A stretch of 64,000 bases of DNA from Vulcanimicrobiota bacterium (GCA_963723515.1 CAVRQT010000002.1:448001-512000), one strand, 5' to 3'; shown: positions 46,587 through 57,375, counted from the stretch's first letter. Made by a program: numbers and translations. The notes: generated by a model not told the origin, from the letters alone.

Positions 46587-47914
46587 AACTCGAGCGTTCG
46601 CTCTCCGCCTATGCGCGTGCGCGACGCGTGCTTGCCGGCGGCGTCAATTCGCCCGTGCGGGCCTTCAAAGCGGTCGGCGGCTCGCCGGTCTTCGTCAAGT
46701 CAGCAACGGGCGCGATCGTCCGAGATCTCGACGATCACGAATACGTGGACTACATCCTCGGATGGGGACCGTTGATCTTCGGGCACGCCCATCCAACGAT
46801 CGTTCGCGCGATTCAACTCGCCGCGGCAAGAGGAACGTGCTACGGTACGCCGACCGAAATCGAAAGCGAGCTCGCCGAGCTGATCTGCGCTATGATGCCG
46901 TCGATCGAACGCATCCGTTTTACATCGAGCGGAACGGAAGCGACGATGACGGCCGTGCGCTTAGCGCGCGCTTTTACCAATCGCCGGTTGATCGTCAAGT
47001 TTGCGGGATGCTACCACGGGCATGCGGACGGATTTCTGATCGAAGCGGGGAGCGGCGCGCTGACGAACGGCGTTCCGAACTCGCCCGGGGTCACCGACGC
47101 AACTGCGGGCGATGTGCGCGTGCTTCCGTACAACGACGCGGAGGCGGTTCAAAGCTTATTCAGCCGTCACGCAGACGATATCGCTGCGATTATCGTGGAG
47201 CCGTATGCGGGAAACATGGGACTCGTGTTGCCGAAACCGGGCTATCTCCAGGCCTTGCGCGATATCAGCCGGCGCGCCGATGCTTTGCTGATTTTCGATG
47301 AAGTGATGAGCGGTTTTCGGGCCGGTCCCGCAGGCGCTCAGGGCGCAGAAGGGATTGCTCCGGATCTGACCACGCTCGGCAAGGTGATCGGCGGCGGCTT
47401 AGCGGCCGGCGCTTATGGTGGCCGCGCCGACGTCATGGCGACCGTCGCTCCTGACGGCCCTGTGTATGCCGCCGGAACGCTTTCCGGCAATCCGGTTGCG
47501 ATGGCCGCCGGCGTCGCTGCGCTGCGCATGCTGCGCGAGCCCGGCGTCTACGAACGGTTGGAAAGGTCAACGGGCACCATCTGCGATGGACTCGAGCACG
47601 TTTTTACGACGCATGCGATCAGCCATCAGATCGTTCATCGCGGCTCGATGTTCTGCACGTATTTTACCGACACGCCGGTGAACGATCTCGATGACGCACG
47701 CCGTTCGGACGCGGCGCTCTTTGCGAAATACTTCCATGCGATGCTGGAGCGCGGCATACTGTTGCCGCCCTCACAGTTTGAAACGTGCTTTCTTTCCACC
47801 GCGCATACTGCTGCCGAGATCGACCACACGATTGCAGCGGCAAACGATGCGCTCGAAACCCTTGGGCAAGTCCAGGGTGACATGTTCGTGCCGCTCGCAC
47901 GGTCGGGACGCTAG
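46583..47914 (+). CDS. hemL: Glutamate-1-semialdehyde 2,1-aminomutase
   Basis: GGVNSPVRAF, SGTEATM, FDEVMSGFR and LGKVIGGG. Confidence 0.95.
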   Translation: MKLERSLSAYARARRVLAGGVNSPVRAFKAVGGSPVFVKSATGAIVRDLDDHEYVDYILGWGPLIFGHAHPTIVRAIQLAAARGTCYGTPTEIESELAELICAMMPSIERIRFTSSGTEATMTAVRLARAFTNRRLIVKFAGCYHGHADGFLIEAGSGALTNGVPNSPGVTDATAGDVRVLPYNDAEAVQSLFSRHADDIAAIIVEPYAGNMGLVLPKPGYLQALRDISRRADALLIFDEVMSGFRAGPAGAQGAEGIAPDLTTLGKVIGGGLAAGAYGGRADVMATVAPDGPVYAAGTLSGNPVAMAAGVAALRMLREPGVYERLERSTGTICDGLEHVFTTHAISHQIVHRGSMFCTYFTDTPVNDLDDARRSDAALFAKYFHAMLERGILLPPSQFETCFLSTAHTAAEIDHTIAAANDALETLGQVQGDMFVPLARSGR

Positions 47915-49212
47915 ATGCCGCTCGTTGCCTTAGGGCTATCGCATCGAACCGCGCCCGTTGATGTGCGCGAACGTCACGCATTCGCGCCTGAGCGAATGGC
48001 CGAAGCGCTGACCGCGCTTCGCGATTACGAAGCCGTGCATGAAGCTGCGATGCTTTCAACGTGCGGACGCCTGGAAATTTACGCCGAGCTGGACGACTAC
48101 GAAGCGGGCGTCGAGCAACTCAAGTCGTTCTTACAGAATTTCCGCCACGGCGAAATCGAAGACTTGGAATCGTATCTCTACACGCTGCTGGGTCGGGACG
48201 CGATCGAGCATCTCTTTCGCGTGAGCACGGGACTCGATTCGATGCTGATCGGTGAGGCGGAGATCCTCGGTCAAGTCAAGGACGCGTACGTTCAGGCGCA
48301 AGCCGCGCGATCGGTCGGCAAGACGCTGCACCGGCTTTTCAAAGATGCGATCCATGCCGGCAAAGCGGCGCGTTCGCAGACCGCGATCGGCAAGGATTCG
48401 GTCAGCATCGCATCCGCCGCAATCGAGACCGCGCGGCAACATCTTGGCACGCTCGAAGGCAAATCGATTGCCATCGTGGGTGCCGGAAAGATGGGCCGCA
48501 CGGCCAGCAAGCGATTGCGTGCGCACAATATATCGGCGCTGTACATCGTCAATCGCACGCCGGAGCGAGCCCGACAGCTCATCGAAGAAGCACAAGGCGA
48601 AGCGGTCGATCTTGCATCGCTCGGCAGTGCGCTTGCACGCGCCGACGTCGTGATCACCTCAACGGGCGCATCCCATTTCATCTTAACGACACGCAATGTT
48701 GCCGCGGCGATGGAGCAGCGTCCCGAGCGTCCGCTCTTCGTCGTCGATATCGCGGTGCCCAGAGACGCGGATCCGCTGATCGAGCAGCTTCCGAACGTTT
48801 CGCTCGTGGACATCGACGCACTCAAGAATACTGTCGATACGACGCTGCAAGTGCGGCGCGAAGCGATCCCGCAGGTCGAGGAAATCATCGCTGAATACGT
48901 CAAGCGCTTCAGCGATTGGTACCGCACGCGGAGCACGATTCCGGTCATCGCGTCGTTAACGCAAAAAGCTGAGGCGCTCGGCAAACGGAGATCGAACGGC
49001 TTTTTGCGCGTTGTCCGGAGTTGAGCGAACGCGAGCGCATGCTGATCACGGGCAGCTCGCTTTCGATCATCTCAAAATTGCTGCACACCGTTATCACGCG
49101 CATCCGTGAGGGCGCGGCGGAAGATGCGGAGCAAACCCGCTTGCACGAGCGGCTGCTCCATGAACTCTTCGATCTGCAGCCCGTTTCAGGCGGCGAGGAG
49201 CAGCGCAAGTAG
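47915..49212 (+). CDS. hemA: Glutamyl-tRNA reductase; apparent frameshift near 48979
   Basis: STCGRLE, GLDSMLIGEAEILGQ, GAGKMG and DIAVPRD. The C-terminal helical domain is in ORF 49021-49212. Confidence 0.92.
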
Positions 49213-50729
49213 GAAAAGTCTATCTCGTCGGCGCGGGGCCGGGCGATCCCGGCTTGTTGACGTTGAAGGCCGCGCGCCTCATTCGCTCCGCGGACGTCAT
49301 TCTCTACGATCACCTTGCATCGCCGCCAATCGTTGAACTAGCAGGTGCAACGAGCGAACGAATCTATGCCGGCAAAGAAGCCGAACGTCACGCGCTCCCA
49401 CAATCGGAGATCAACACGCTCTTGATCGAGAAGGCGCGCAGCGGCGCAACAGTCGTTCGGCTCAAAGGCGGCGATCCGTTCGTTTTCGGCCGCGGCGGCG
49501 AAGAAGCTGAGGCGCTGGCAGCGGCCGGGATTGCGTTCGAAGTCGTCCCCGGCGTGACTTCCGCGGTTGCGGCCCCAGCCTACGCCGGCATCCCACTGAC
49601 CCATCGCGCGCATAACGCGTCCTTCGCGGTCGTTACGGGGCACGAAGATCCGCGCAAGAAATTAGCGACGGTCGATTGGGCGCGTTTCGCCGATGCAAAG
49701 AGCACGCTGGTGGTCATGATGGGGCTCGCAAATCTTGAAACAATCGTCGGCGAGCTGCGGCGCAGCGGCATGAAAGATCGCACGCCAATCGCCGTTATTG
49801 CGGACGGCACGTTGCCGTCGCAAAAGACGGCGCGCGGAACGCTCGCGACGATTCTGAGCGACGTGCGAAGGGCGCGCCTCACGCCGCCCGCTGTAGTTGT
49901 CGTCGGCGACGTCGTGAAGTTGCGCGATCGCATTGCGTGGTTCGATCGCTCGCCGCTCTTCGGAAGGCGCGTGTTGATTACGCGCCCCGTCGATCTGACG
50001 GACCGCTTTGCCGGCGAACTCTACGAACGCGGCGCGCAGCCGATCTTCGCGCCGATGATCGAAATCGGCGCTCCGGACGATCCCGATAGTGCGCGAGACG
50101 CCGTTGCAGGCGCGGCAGATCATCAATGGCTCGTCTTCACCTCGCAGAACGGGGTTCGCCGATTCTTCGAAACGCTAGCTGCGCTCGGACGCGATGCCCG
50201 AGCACTCGGCGGCACGAAGATTGCCGCCATCGGTCCGCAGACGGCTGAGACGCTTGCGGGCTTCGGCGTGCGCGCCGACCTCATTCCAAAGCGCTTCATC
50301 AGCGAAGAGATCGCGCGCGAATTGATCGCCGCAACGCGGCCCGAAGATCGAATTCTGCTCTATCGCGCTCAAGAAACGCGCGATGTGCTCGCGAAGATGC
50401 TGCATGAGGCCGGGCGCACCGTGCGCAACATTGCCGCCTATAAAACGTCCGTTCGCAACGATCCGGATCTCAAAGCGAAACTGAAAGAATCGGACATCGT
50501 GACGTTTACGAGCGCAAGCACCGTCTCCGGATTCTTGCGCAATTTGCGCGGTGCAGCCGTAAAGGCGACGAACAATAAAGTCGTTGCGTGCATCGGTCCG
50601 GTCACCGCTGATGCAGCGCGCAGCGCCGGCCTGCACGTTGGCGTCGTCGCGGAAGAGTACACCGTCGCCGGCCTCCTGACGGCGCTCGAAGGTGCGCTGC
50701 AATCGACCGCCTCACCCTCGCCCCGTTAA
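49209..50729 (+). CDS. cobA: Uroporphyrinogen-III C-methyltransferase / synthase fusion (CobA-HemD); start codon unclear
   Basis: GKVYLVGAGPGDPGLLT and RLKGGDPFVFGRGGEE, then HemD motifs VLITRP, FTSQNGV and FTSASTV. Confidence 0.92.
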   Translation, partial: VGKVYLVGAGPGDPGLLTLKAARLIRSADVILYDHLASPPIVELAGATSERIYAGKEAERHALPQSEINTLLIEKARSGATVVRLKGGDPFVFGRGGEEAEALAAAGIAFEVVPGVTSAVAAPAYAGIPLTHRAHNASFAVVTGHEDPRKKLATVDWARFADAKSTLVVMMGLANLETIVGELRRSGMKDRTPIAVIADGTLPSQKTARGTLATILSDVRRARLTPPAVVVVGDVVKLRDRIAWFDRSPLFGRRVLITRPVDLTDRFAGELYERGAQPIFAPMIEIGAPDDPDSARDAVAGAADHQWLVFTSQNGVRRFFETLAALGRDARALGGTKIAAIGPQTAETLAGFGVRADLIPKRFISEEIARELIAATRPEDRILLYRAQETRDVLAKMLHEAGRTVRNIAAYKTSVRNDPDLKAKLKESDIVTFTSASTVSGFLRNLRGAAVKATNNKVVACIGPVTADAARSAGLHVGVVAEEYTVAGLLTALEGALQSTASPSPR

Positions 50730-51509
50730 CCAACTTCGATTTCGGCGCGCTGCTCGCGGCGATCATCGCTATCGTTGCCTATCGCGCGCGTGTGCTGACG
50801 TCGAGCGGAGCGATCGCTGCCGCGCTCGTTGGAACAGCCATCTTCGGCAGCGGCGGATGGCGTAACGCCGTCGTGCTGCTCGTCTTCTTTGTCAGCTCCT
50901 CCGTGCTCTCGCAACTCGGGAGAGGCAGCGCCGCAAAACGTTCGCTGCTGCGAATCGGCAAGAGCGGCGCACGTGACGGCGCACAGGTTCTCGCCAACGG
51001 CGGAATCGCTGCGGTATGCGCGCTCGCCGCAATGACCGGCAATCCGTTGTGGCAAGTTGCGTTCGTCGGCGCGGTCGCCGCCGCGACATCGGACACGTGG
51101 GGAACCGAAGTCGGCACGTTGCAAGAGAAGCAGCCGCGTTCGATTCTCACGCGGAAAGCCAATCGCGCCCGGTATCTCGGGCGGCGTTTCACTTCTCGGT
51201 TCGCTGGCTGAAGTAGCGGGCGCGCTTATCCTCGCCGCCGTTGCGTGGGGGATTCATGCTTCGCCGGCGTTTCTTGCCGTCGTCGCCGGCGGCTTCGGTG
51301 GCGCGCTGATCGACTCGCTGCTCGGCGCAAGCGTGCAAGCATTGCGTTTCTGTCGCGGTTGCAATGCGCTCTGCGAATCCGATCCGCATCATTGCGGCGC
51401 CGACACGACGCTGGTTCGCGGCGTCGCTTGGATCACCAACGACGGCGTGAATTTTCTCTGCACGGCGGGCGGTGCGGCGATCGCGGCGGCCATCTATGCG
51501 AGTCGCTAG
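50726..51509 (+). CDS. DUF92 (TMEM19) family membrane protein; apparent frameshift near 51151, start uncertain
   Basis: RDGAQVLANGG, SDTWGTEVG, DSLLGASVQ and NDGVNF. Confidence 0.82.
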
Positions 51510-51541
51510 CAACCCGCGTTGAGCCAACGAAGGAGAGTCCG

Positions 51542-52329
51542 ATGTTGTGGCTCGTGCTGAGGCGGCGTTGGAAGGAGAACGCGCGCTTTCGCGATCGCGC
51601 TCTATATCTCACTGGCGTTGCACGCGATTGCCGCACTGCTCTTTCCTGCGTTCGTGACGCCACCGGCACCCAACAACCGAGACGGTGACGACGATTTCCT
51701 ACCAGCGCATTCAACGCGTCGCCTTACAATCGCGTCCCTCGACGCCGCATTCGACCGCGGCCGTCATTGCAAAGCGCGTTGTTCTGCCGAAAATCGTGAA
51801 GCCGCACGCCGCCGCACCGGTGCATAAAGCGCCTGCACTCAAACCGCGCCGTCACGCGATCGCGAAGCCGACGCCCGGCGCCATTGCGCAAAGGCGAATC
51901 TTCACAGTTGGCGTTCCAAACGCTTCGCCGCTTCCAGCAACACCCGCGCCCGTTGCCATCACGAAAACCGCCGCTCCGGCCGTCGCCGCGCCATCGGCTG
52001 CCCCGGCGCCGGCGCAACAACATCGAGAAGTTCCGAATGCGCGAGGCAGCGGCGCGCGCAGCGGCATCGGCATGTTCGGTGAAGTGCAAGATCCCGCGCT
52101 CGAAAAACCGATCATGGATCAGCTGGTGCGCCGCTTCAAGCTCAACGTGACGCTGATCGTCACGGTCGGTGACGATGGACGAACCAAGCAGATCGAATTT
52201 CATCCGCCGGTGACGCCGGCGATCGAAAATCAAATCCGCTCGTTGCTCGCCGATGCGAACTGGGATCCGGCGCTCTGCGGCGGCGGAATCGCGTGCGAAG
52301 GAAAGGCAACGATCAAACTGTCGGAGTGA
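51542..52329 (+). CDS. TonB/TolA-like Pro/Ala-rich membrane-anchored protein; two apparent frameshifts
   Basis: AAGGAG RBS, TM with S-L-A-L-H, Pro/Ala/Lys linker, and C-terminal VTLIVTVGDDGRT resembling TonB_C. Confidence 0.5.
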
Positions 52330-52879
52330 GTCGCAGCCCCGCCAAGAGAGGGCGACCGATTCCGCGGTGGTCCTCGCCGTCGTAGCTTGCATCCGCTACG
52401 CCGAGATTACGAGCGAAGATAGCCTCATGGTCTAAGCCGCTGACGAGTTTTTGAAAACCGAGATCGCTCACGCCGATCTTCGCATCCGGTAAGACAGCCA
52501 GCAGCAAGCACCGTGAACCGATGCGCCGCAGCGAGCTGCGCAGATGACGCAATTCGCGCACGCGCTGCTCGCGCTGGGGCGCCACTTGCGTCGCGATCAA
52601 CTCGAGCGCTTCATCGTTCAGCCGAATTGAGACACGCAGCAAGCCACGACGCTCCAGCGGACGAAGCGGCGCTCGCGGCAAGTAGGCGCCGCGCACGCGC
52701 ATCTGCTGCAGGCGAGGCTTCCAAATGAGCGCCTGCGATCCCCGATAAGCCCACTGACGTGCAAAGCGCGTTGCAAGCGCGAGCGCATCGCCGGCGTCGA
52801 TCTCACAGAGCGCGAGCACATCGGGGTCGACGCGATCGATAAATGCTGCGAGCGAGCGCATTGCGCCCGCTCGCCACAA
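52313..52879 (-). CDS. Endonuclease/exonuclease/phosphatase-fold hypothetical protein
   Basis: DPDVLALCE and ERRGLLRV resemble the EEP fold. Catalytic residues look degenerate. Confidence 0.5.
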   Translation of the reverse strand: MWRAGAMRSLAAFIDRVDPDVLALCEIDAGDALALATRFARQWAYRGSQALIWKPRLQQMRVRGAYLPRAPLRPLERRGLLRVSIRLNDEALELIATQVAPQREQRVRELRHLRSSLRRIGSRCLLLAVLPDAKIGVSDLGFQKLVSGLDHEAIFARNLGVADASYDGEDHRGIGRPLLAGLRLTPTV

Positions 52880-52905
52880 TCGATATACGCGAACGTAGGC
52901 GGCGC

Positions 52906-53798
52906 TTACAAGATCGATTTTCCCAACCCTGAGAGGATCAAGCCGACGGCCAGTATCGCGGTTTGATTGCGCTGATCCAAGATCGGATTGATTTCAACCA
53001 TTTCAATCGAGCCAAGCACCCCGGATTCTGCCAAGATCTCCATCGCAAGGTGCGCTTCGCGGTAACTGAGTCCGCCTTTCACCGGCGTTCCGGTGCCAGG
53101 GGCTTCGCTCGGATCGATGCCGTCCATATCAAAGGAAACATGCACCGATCTTTCGCCGGCGCCGGTGATCTCGATCGTGCGTTCCATCACCGCCGTCATG
53201 CCTTGCTTATCGATGTCGCTCATCGAAAAGGCGGTCACGCCCGCCTCCCGCAAGATCTGCTTCTCTCCGCGGTCGACGTCCCGCAACCCAATCTGGACGG
53301 TCCGTTCGCCTTCCGCATAGCCGTGCTTGAGCGCGAACCATAGCGGCATGCCGTGAACGTTTCCGGAGATCGACGTTTGCGGCGTGTTGATATCGCTGTG
53401 CGCGTCGATCCAGACCAACCCGCGGCGCGTCCGCGCGCATCGCGTAAGCCTTTGAGCGTGCCCATCGCGATCGAGTGGTCGCCGCCAAGGATAACCGGAA
53501 AACCGCCTTCGCGAACGATCGCCGCAACTTTCTCCGCGAGCTTCGTGCACACCGATTCGATGACCGGAAAATATTTCGCGTCGCGCGCATGTTCGTTCGC
53601 GGATTCGCGATCCGGCACGTGCAAATTCCCGTGATCTTCAACGCGCTCGATGCCCAATTTGCGTAGTTTCTCGCGCAATTGCGCATAGCGCACGGCCGAC
53701 GGCCCCATGTCAACGCCGCGGCGGCTTGCACCCAAGTCCATCGGAACGCCGATAATGTCAACGCGATCGATCGTCCGATGCAGCTCCGTTGCGCTCAC
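52906..53798 (-). CDS. rocF: Arginase; apparent frameshift near 53422
   Basis: GGDHSI, WIDAHSD, SGNVHGMP, SFDMDGIDP and EINP. Confidence 0.92.
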
Positions 53799-53814
53799 TG
53801 CAAAACCGTTCGCT

Positions 53815-54985
53815 TCACTTTCGTTTTTCGCCTACGGTTTGCGGGTGTCCAACCGTTTCATCGCGCGGTGCTTCCGTCAGCGCAGGTTGCGCTTCCGCAA
53901 CGCTTGCCTTGGGTGGAATCACGTGAAAGGTCAAAACGCGCAACATGCCTGCGGCGGGCACCGCCAAGAACATGCCGACGATTCCCATCAGCTCGCCGCC
54001 GATCAACAACGCAAGCAGCACCGCCAACGGTGAAAGCGCAACCGTGCGGCTGACGATGTTGGGCGCGATCAAATGGCCTTCCATCTCGAAGATCAGAATG
54101 AAAAGCACGCCGACGATCAGCGCGTTTGCCGGCCCGTGGGTGAAGAGTGCGATGCCGACCGCCGGAATAAACGTCGCAACGGCGCCGACGTATGGAATGA
54201 TGTCGAGTATGGCGGCGGCGACGCCGATCAGCACGGCGTACTGGACGTGCATGACGATCAGCATAATCGTGATGAGAAATCCGACGGAGGCGCCGACGAG
54301 GATCTGTCCGCGGATGAATCCGCCGATCACCATCTCGAGCTCGGAAAGAATTTGCAGGCTCGCGTCGCGCTGACGCTGAGGAATCAGGGCGACGAAGTAG
54401 CGTTTGATGTTTTCGGAATCGAGCAGCAAGTATGCGGCAAGGACCGGAACGATCACGAAGGCCGCGAACACCGTGACGGCGCTCGTGATCACGGTGAGCG
54501 CGCTGCGCATCGCGTCGTAGCCGTGCGTGCGCATCCAATACGCCGTGCTTCCGGGAAGATTTGCGAGCGCGTGGCGCATCCAATCGGGCAGACGGCTAAA
54601 GAACGGCGTGTGAGGATTCGGTGATCTCGGCTTGGTAGAACGCGACAGCGCGCGGATAGTTTTGGATCAGCTGATTGACGTCGTAGCCGAGCGCGGGCAC
54701 GATGAACGCCAAGATCAAGCCGATGACGAGAATCAAGCCGGCATAGACGATCAAGACCGCTAAGGCCAGCGGCAGCCGCCGATTCAAGTAGCGAACGAGC
54801 GGATAGATGATGTAGGCAAAGAAGATCGACGCGATTATGACGATGGCGATCGATTGGATGCGCGCGAGAAACGCCAGTACACCGGCGAAGATGTAGAAGC
54901 CCAGAACGAACAGCAGCAGCACCTTGAGCCAATAGGTGACGTGTGCTTCCGTGAACCAGCTGTAGACTTTTGGCCGGTTGGGCAT
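53815..54985 (-). CDS. AI-2E family transporter; apparent frameshift near 54617
   Basis: GFIRGQ, IPYVG, EGHLIAP and GMFLAVP with multiple TMs. Confidence 0.88.
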
Positions 54986-55012
54986 GCGGGTATCTTCCCG
55001 CTATGAAATCGA

Positions 55013-55131
55013 GAGCATCCCGAGCGGAAATGCCCCAGCCGGGCGGCCCGACGGCGCCGCCTGGTCCCGAACAGCCGCTTCCCGACGAACCGGAATCACC
55101 GACGATTCCACCGATTCCCGGACCGACGCCT
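55013..55131 (-). promoter_or_regulatory. Candidate structured 5' leader of the AI-2E transporter
   Basis: Several GC-rich hairpins downstream of a TATGCT hexamer, containing CAGG and GTCGGGCCGCC. Confidence 0.3.
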
Positions 55132-55207
55132 CAAGCATAATTGGGGTCCAAGGATCGCGCGAAGTGCGATCTTTAACTTTTTAAAGGGCTGGCCGCGCGG
55201 CGGCAGT

Positions 55208-56224
55208 ATGTCCTCATGCAACGACATGCGACCAATCGTTACGGTGACGGCCGCAGTGTGCTTTGTATTTGCGCCGGCGATGGCGAGCGCGACGATCGTG
55301 CCAGGGCCGCTCGCTGATCTGCGCGCGCAACTCGCAACAATCTCTTCCCGTGCGCCCGGTCACGTCGCGATGGAGATCGAGGATCTGCAAACGGGACTCG
55401 GTTCCGCAATCAATCCGACGGCAAGCATGCCGGCGGCTTCAACGATCAAGATTCCGGTGATGGTGGAAGTCTTTCGTCAATTGGCCGCCGGCAATTTTGA
55501 TTTGAATACGCGCGTCACGCTCCACTATGCGGACAAAGACTGGGGATCCGGATCGCTGTGCGACGCTCGTCCGGGAACGCAGTATGCGGTACTTGCCCTG
55601 TTGCGCGCGATGATCGACGTCAGCGACAACACCGCCAGCAACATGCTGCTGCGCCTCGTCGGCCGCCCGAATGTCAACCACACGATGTCCGGCCTCGGCC
55701 TGCTGCAAACGTATTTGCGCGACTACATCCGAACGAATGGGAGCGGCATTCGATATGCCTTGCGCAGCTCGCCGCGCGACATGGTGCGGCTGCTCACCGA
55801 CATGGCGAAGTACGAATTGATCGACGAATGGTCGTCGCGCGAAATGATCGCGATTCTCGAGGGGCAGCGCCACAACACGCTGATTCCGGAGCCGTTGCCG
55901 AGCGGACTGCAGATCGCGCATAAGACCGGAACCCTCGACGATACGCTCAACGACGTCGGAATCGTCTATGGCGACCCGGGAATTTACGTGATCGCAGTCA
56001 TGACGACCGATCTGCCCTCGCTGACCGCCGGACGCCGATTCATCCGCAGCGTTTCGAGCCTGGCGTATCGGGACTTGGAACGCCTGGCCCTGTGGCGGCA
56101 AAACAATACCGACAGCTTGGACGACACGGGCTCCTCAACGAACACGGACGCGAACATGACGCCGAATGATTCAACCTTGCCGTCGTCCGACGAGCCGCAA
56201 CCCGTCCCAACGCCCTTCAAATAG
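55208..56224 (+). CDS. Class A beta-lactamase-related serine hydrolase
   Basis: Signal peptide, STIK (SxxK), SDN and KTG. Start is 55208 or 55226. Confidence 0.85.
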   Translation: MSSCNDMRPIVTVTAAVCFVFAPAMASATIVPGPLADLRAQLATISSRAPGHVAMEIEDLQTGLGSAINPTASMPAASTIKIPVMVEVFRQLAAGNFDLNTRVTLHYADKDWGSGSLCDARPGTQYAVLALLRAMIDVSDNTASNMLLRLVGRPNVNHTMSGLGLLQTYLRDYIRTNGSGIRYALRSSPRDMVRLLTDMAKYELIDEWSSREMIAILEGQRHNTLIPEPLPSGLQIAHKTGTLDDTLNDVGIVYGDPGIYVIAVMTTDLPSLTAGRRFIRSVSSLAYRDLERLALWRQNNTDSLDDTGSSTNTDANMTPNDSTLPSSDEPQPVPTPFK

Positions 56225-56285
56225 CGCTGCACTGACACGCAGCGCTTGGCGCTCCATCTCGCTTCCGACACGATGCGTCGGAAGC
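56223..56285. terminator. Paired hairpins between convergent genes
   Basis: AGCGCTGC/GCAGCGCT and GCTTCCGAC/GTCGGAAGC stems. No U-tract. Confidence 0.35.
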
Positions 56286-56330
56286 GGATTCCGCCGCCCC
56301 CGCCCAAACTAACGCGGGCGGGCCCCCAAG

Positions 56331-57281
56331 CTAGGCGACCACCGGCGCACGCCGAGCGCCGTACACCATCGTGAGCCACTGGCGGTAGCGCGGTTCGGCA
56401 CCGCGCACGATACGCCCGTAATATTCCTCAATCTTCCGCGTGATCGGACCGATGCTGCCGTCGCCGACGATGCGATGGTCGACGGAAGCGACATGCACGA
56501 TACCGACCGCAGTTCCCGTGAAGAAAATCTCTTGCGCCGCATAGAGCTCACCGCGATCGATCGCGCGCTCGACGATCGGGATATCGAACTGCTCCCGTGC
56601 AATGTGCAGCACCGACCGTCGCGTGCAGCCTTCGAGGATGTTCTGCGAGGGATCCGGCGTGTAGAGCACGCCGTGCCGGACGAGGAAGATGTTTTCCGCC
56701 GAGCCTTCGGAGACATGACCGTCGGCCGAGAGCATGATCGCTTCATCGAAGCCGTTCTGATGCGCTTCGCTCTTTGCGAGCGCGGAGTTGACGTAGAGTC
56801 CCGTAATCTTTGCGCGCGGCGGCGCGCAGGCGTCATCGACGCGCCGCCAGGAACTCACGCAGGTTCGTAATCCCGATGAGCCGTCAAGATAGCGCGTGAA
56901 CGGCACGGGAACGATCGCCAGCTGCTCGGGGACGTCGTGCAGACGCACGCCGATATCTTCCTCCGACTTGTACATGAACGGCCGGAGGTAGACGTCCATC
57001 TCGAAGTTGTTGCGCCGGCAAAGTTCGACCGCGATCTCGCACAACTCGGGAACGGAATGCGGCAAGCGCATCGTCAGAATTTTCGCCGACGTTTCGAGCC
57101 GTTCGAAGTGCTCTTTGAGTTGAACGAGGTAGATTTCTCGCTCTTGGCCGTCCCAGTAGCCGCGAATCCCTTCGAAGCATCCGGTCCCATACTGCAAGCC
57201 ATGCGTCAACAGACCGACGTGCGCCTCAGCATACGTGCAGAATCTGCCTTGCGCGTAGACGATCGTCTCCGAGAGCTTCAC
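56331..57281 (-). CDS. ilvE: Branched-chain amino acid aminotransferase
   Basis: LQYGTGCFEGIR, AKITGLY, EGSAENIF, ILEGCTR and FFTGTA. Confidence 0.92.
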   Translation of the reverse strand: MKLSETIVYAQGRFCTYAEAHVGLLTHGLQYGTGCFEGIRGYWDGQEREIYLVQLKEHFERLETSAKILTMRLPHSVPELCEIAVELCRRNNFEMDVYLRPFMYKSEEDIGVRLHDVPEQLAIVPVPFTRYLDGSSGLRTCVSSWRRVDDACAPPRAKITGLYVNSALAKSEAHQNGFDEAIMLSADGHVSEGSAENIFLVRHGVLYTPDPSQNILEGCTRRSVLHIAREQFDIPIVERAIDRGELYAAQEIFFTGTAVGIVHVASVDHRIVGDGSIGPITRKIEEYYGRIVRGAEPRYRQWLTMVYGARRAPVVA

Positions 57282-57351
57282 CCACGAGCGCTTTTATGAA
57301 GCGCTGGAAACCGCCTGCGCCTTCTTCATGAAGCGACTTCGCCACTGAGGC

Positions 57352-57375
57352 TGTCACCCTGAGCCTGTCGAAGGG
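57352..57375 (+). repeat. Single REP unit
   Basis: TGTCACCCTGAGCCTGTCGAAGGG, same family as the copies at 28353 and 31113. Confidence 0.72.

Noticed and set aside
52320..52335. Sec read-through at other TGA stops (e.g. the TonB-like gene, ABC permease, metG)
   Set aside because: None combines a redox motif context, a short tail and a correctly spaced GU-loop hairpin. The metG TGA belongs to a REP.
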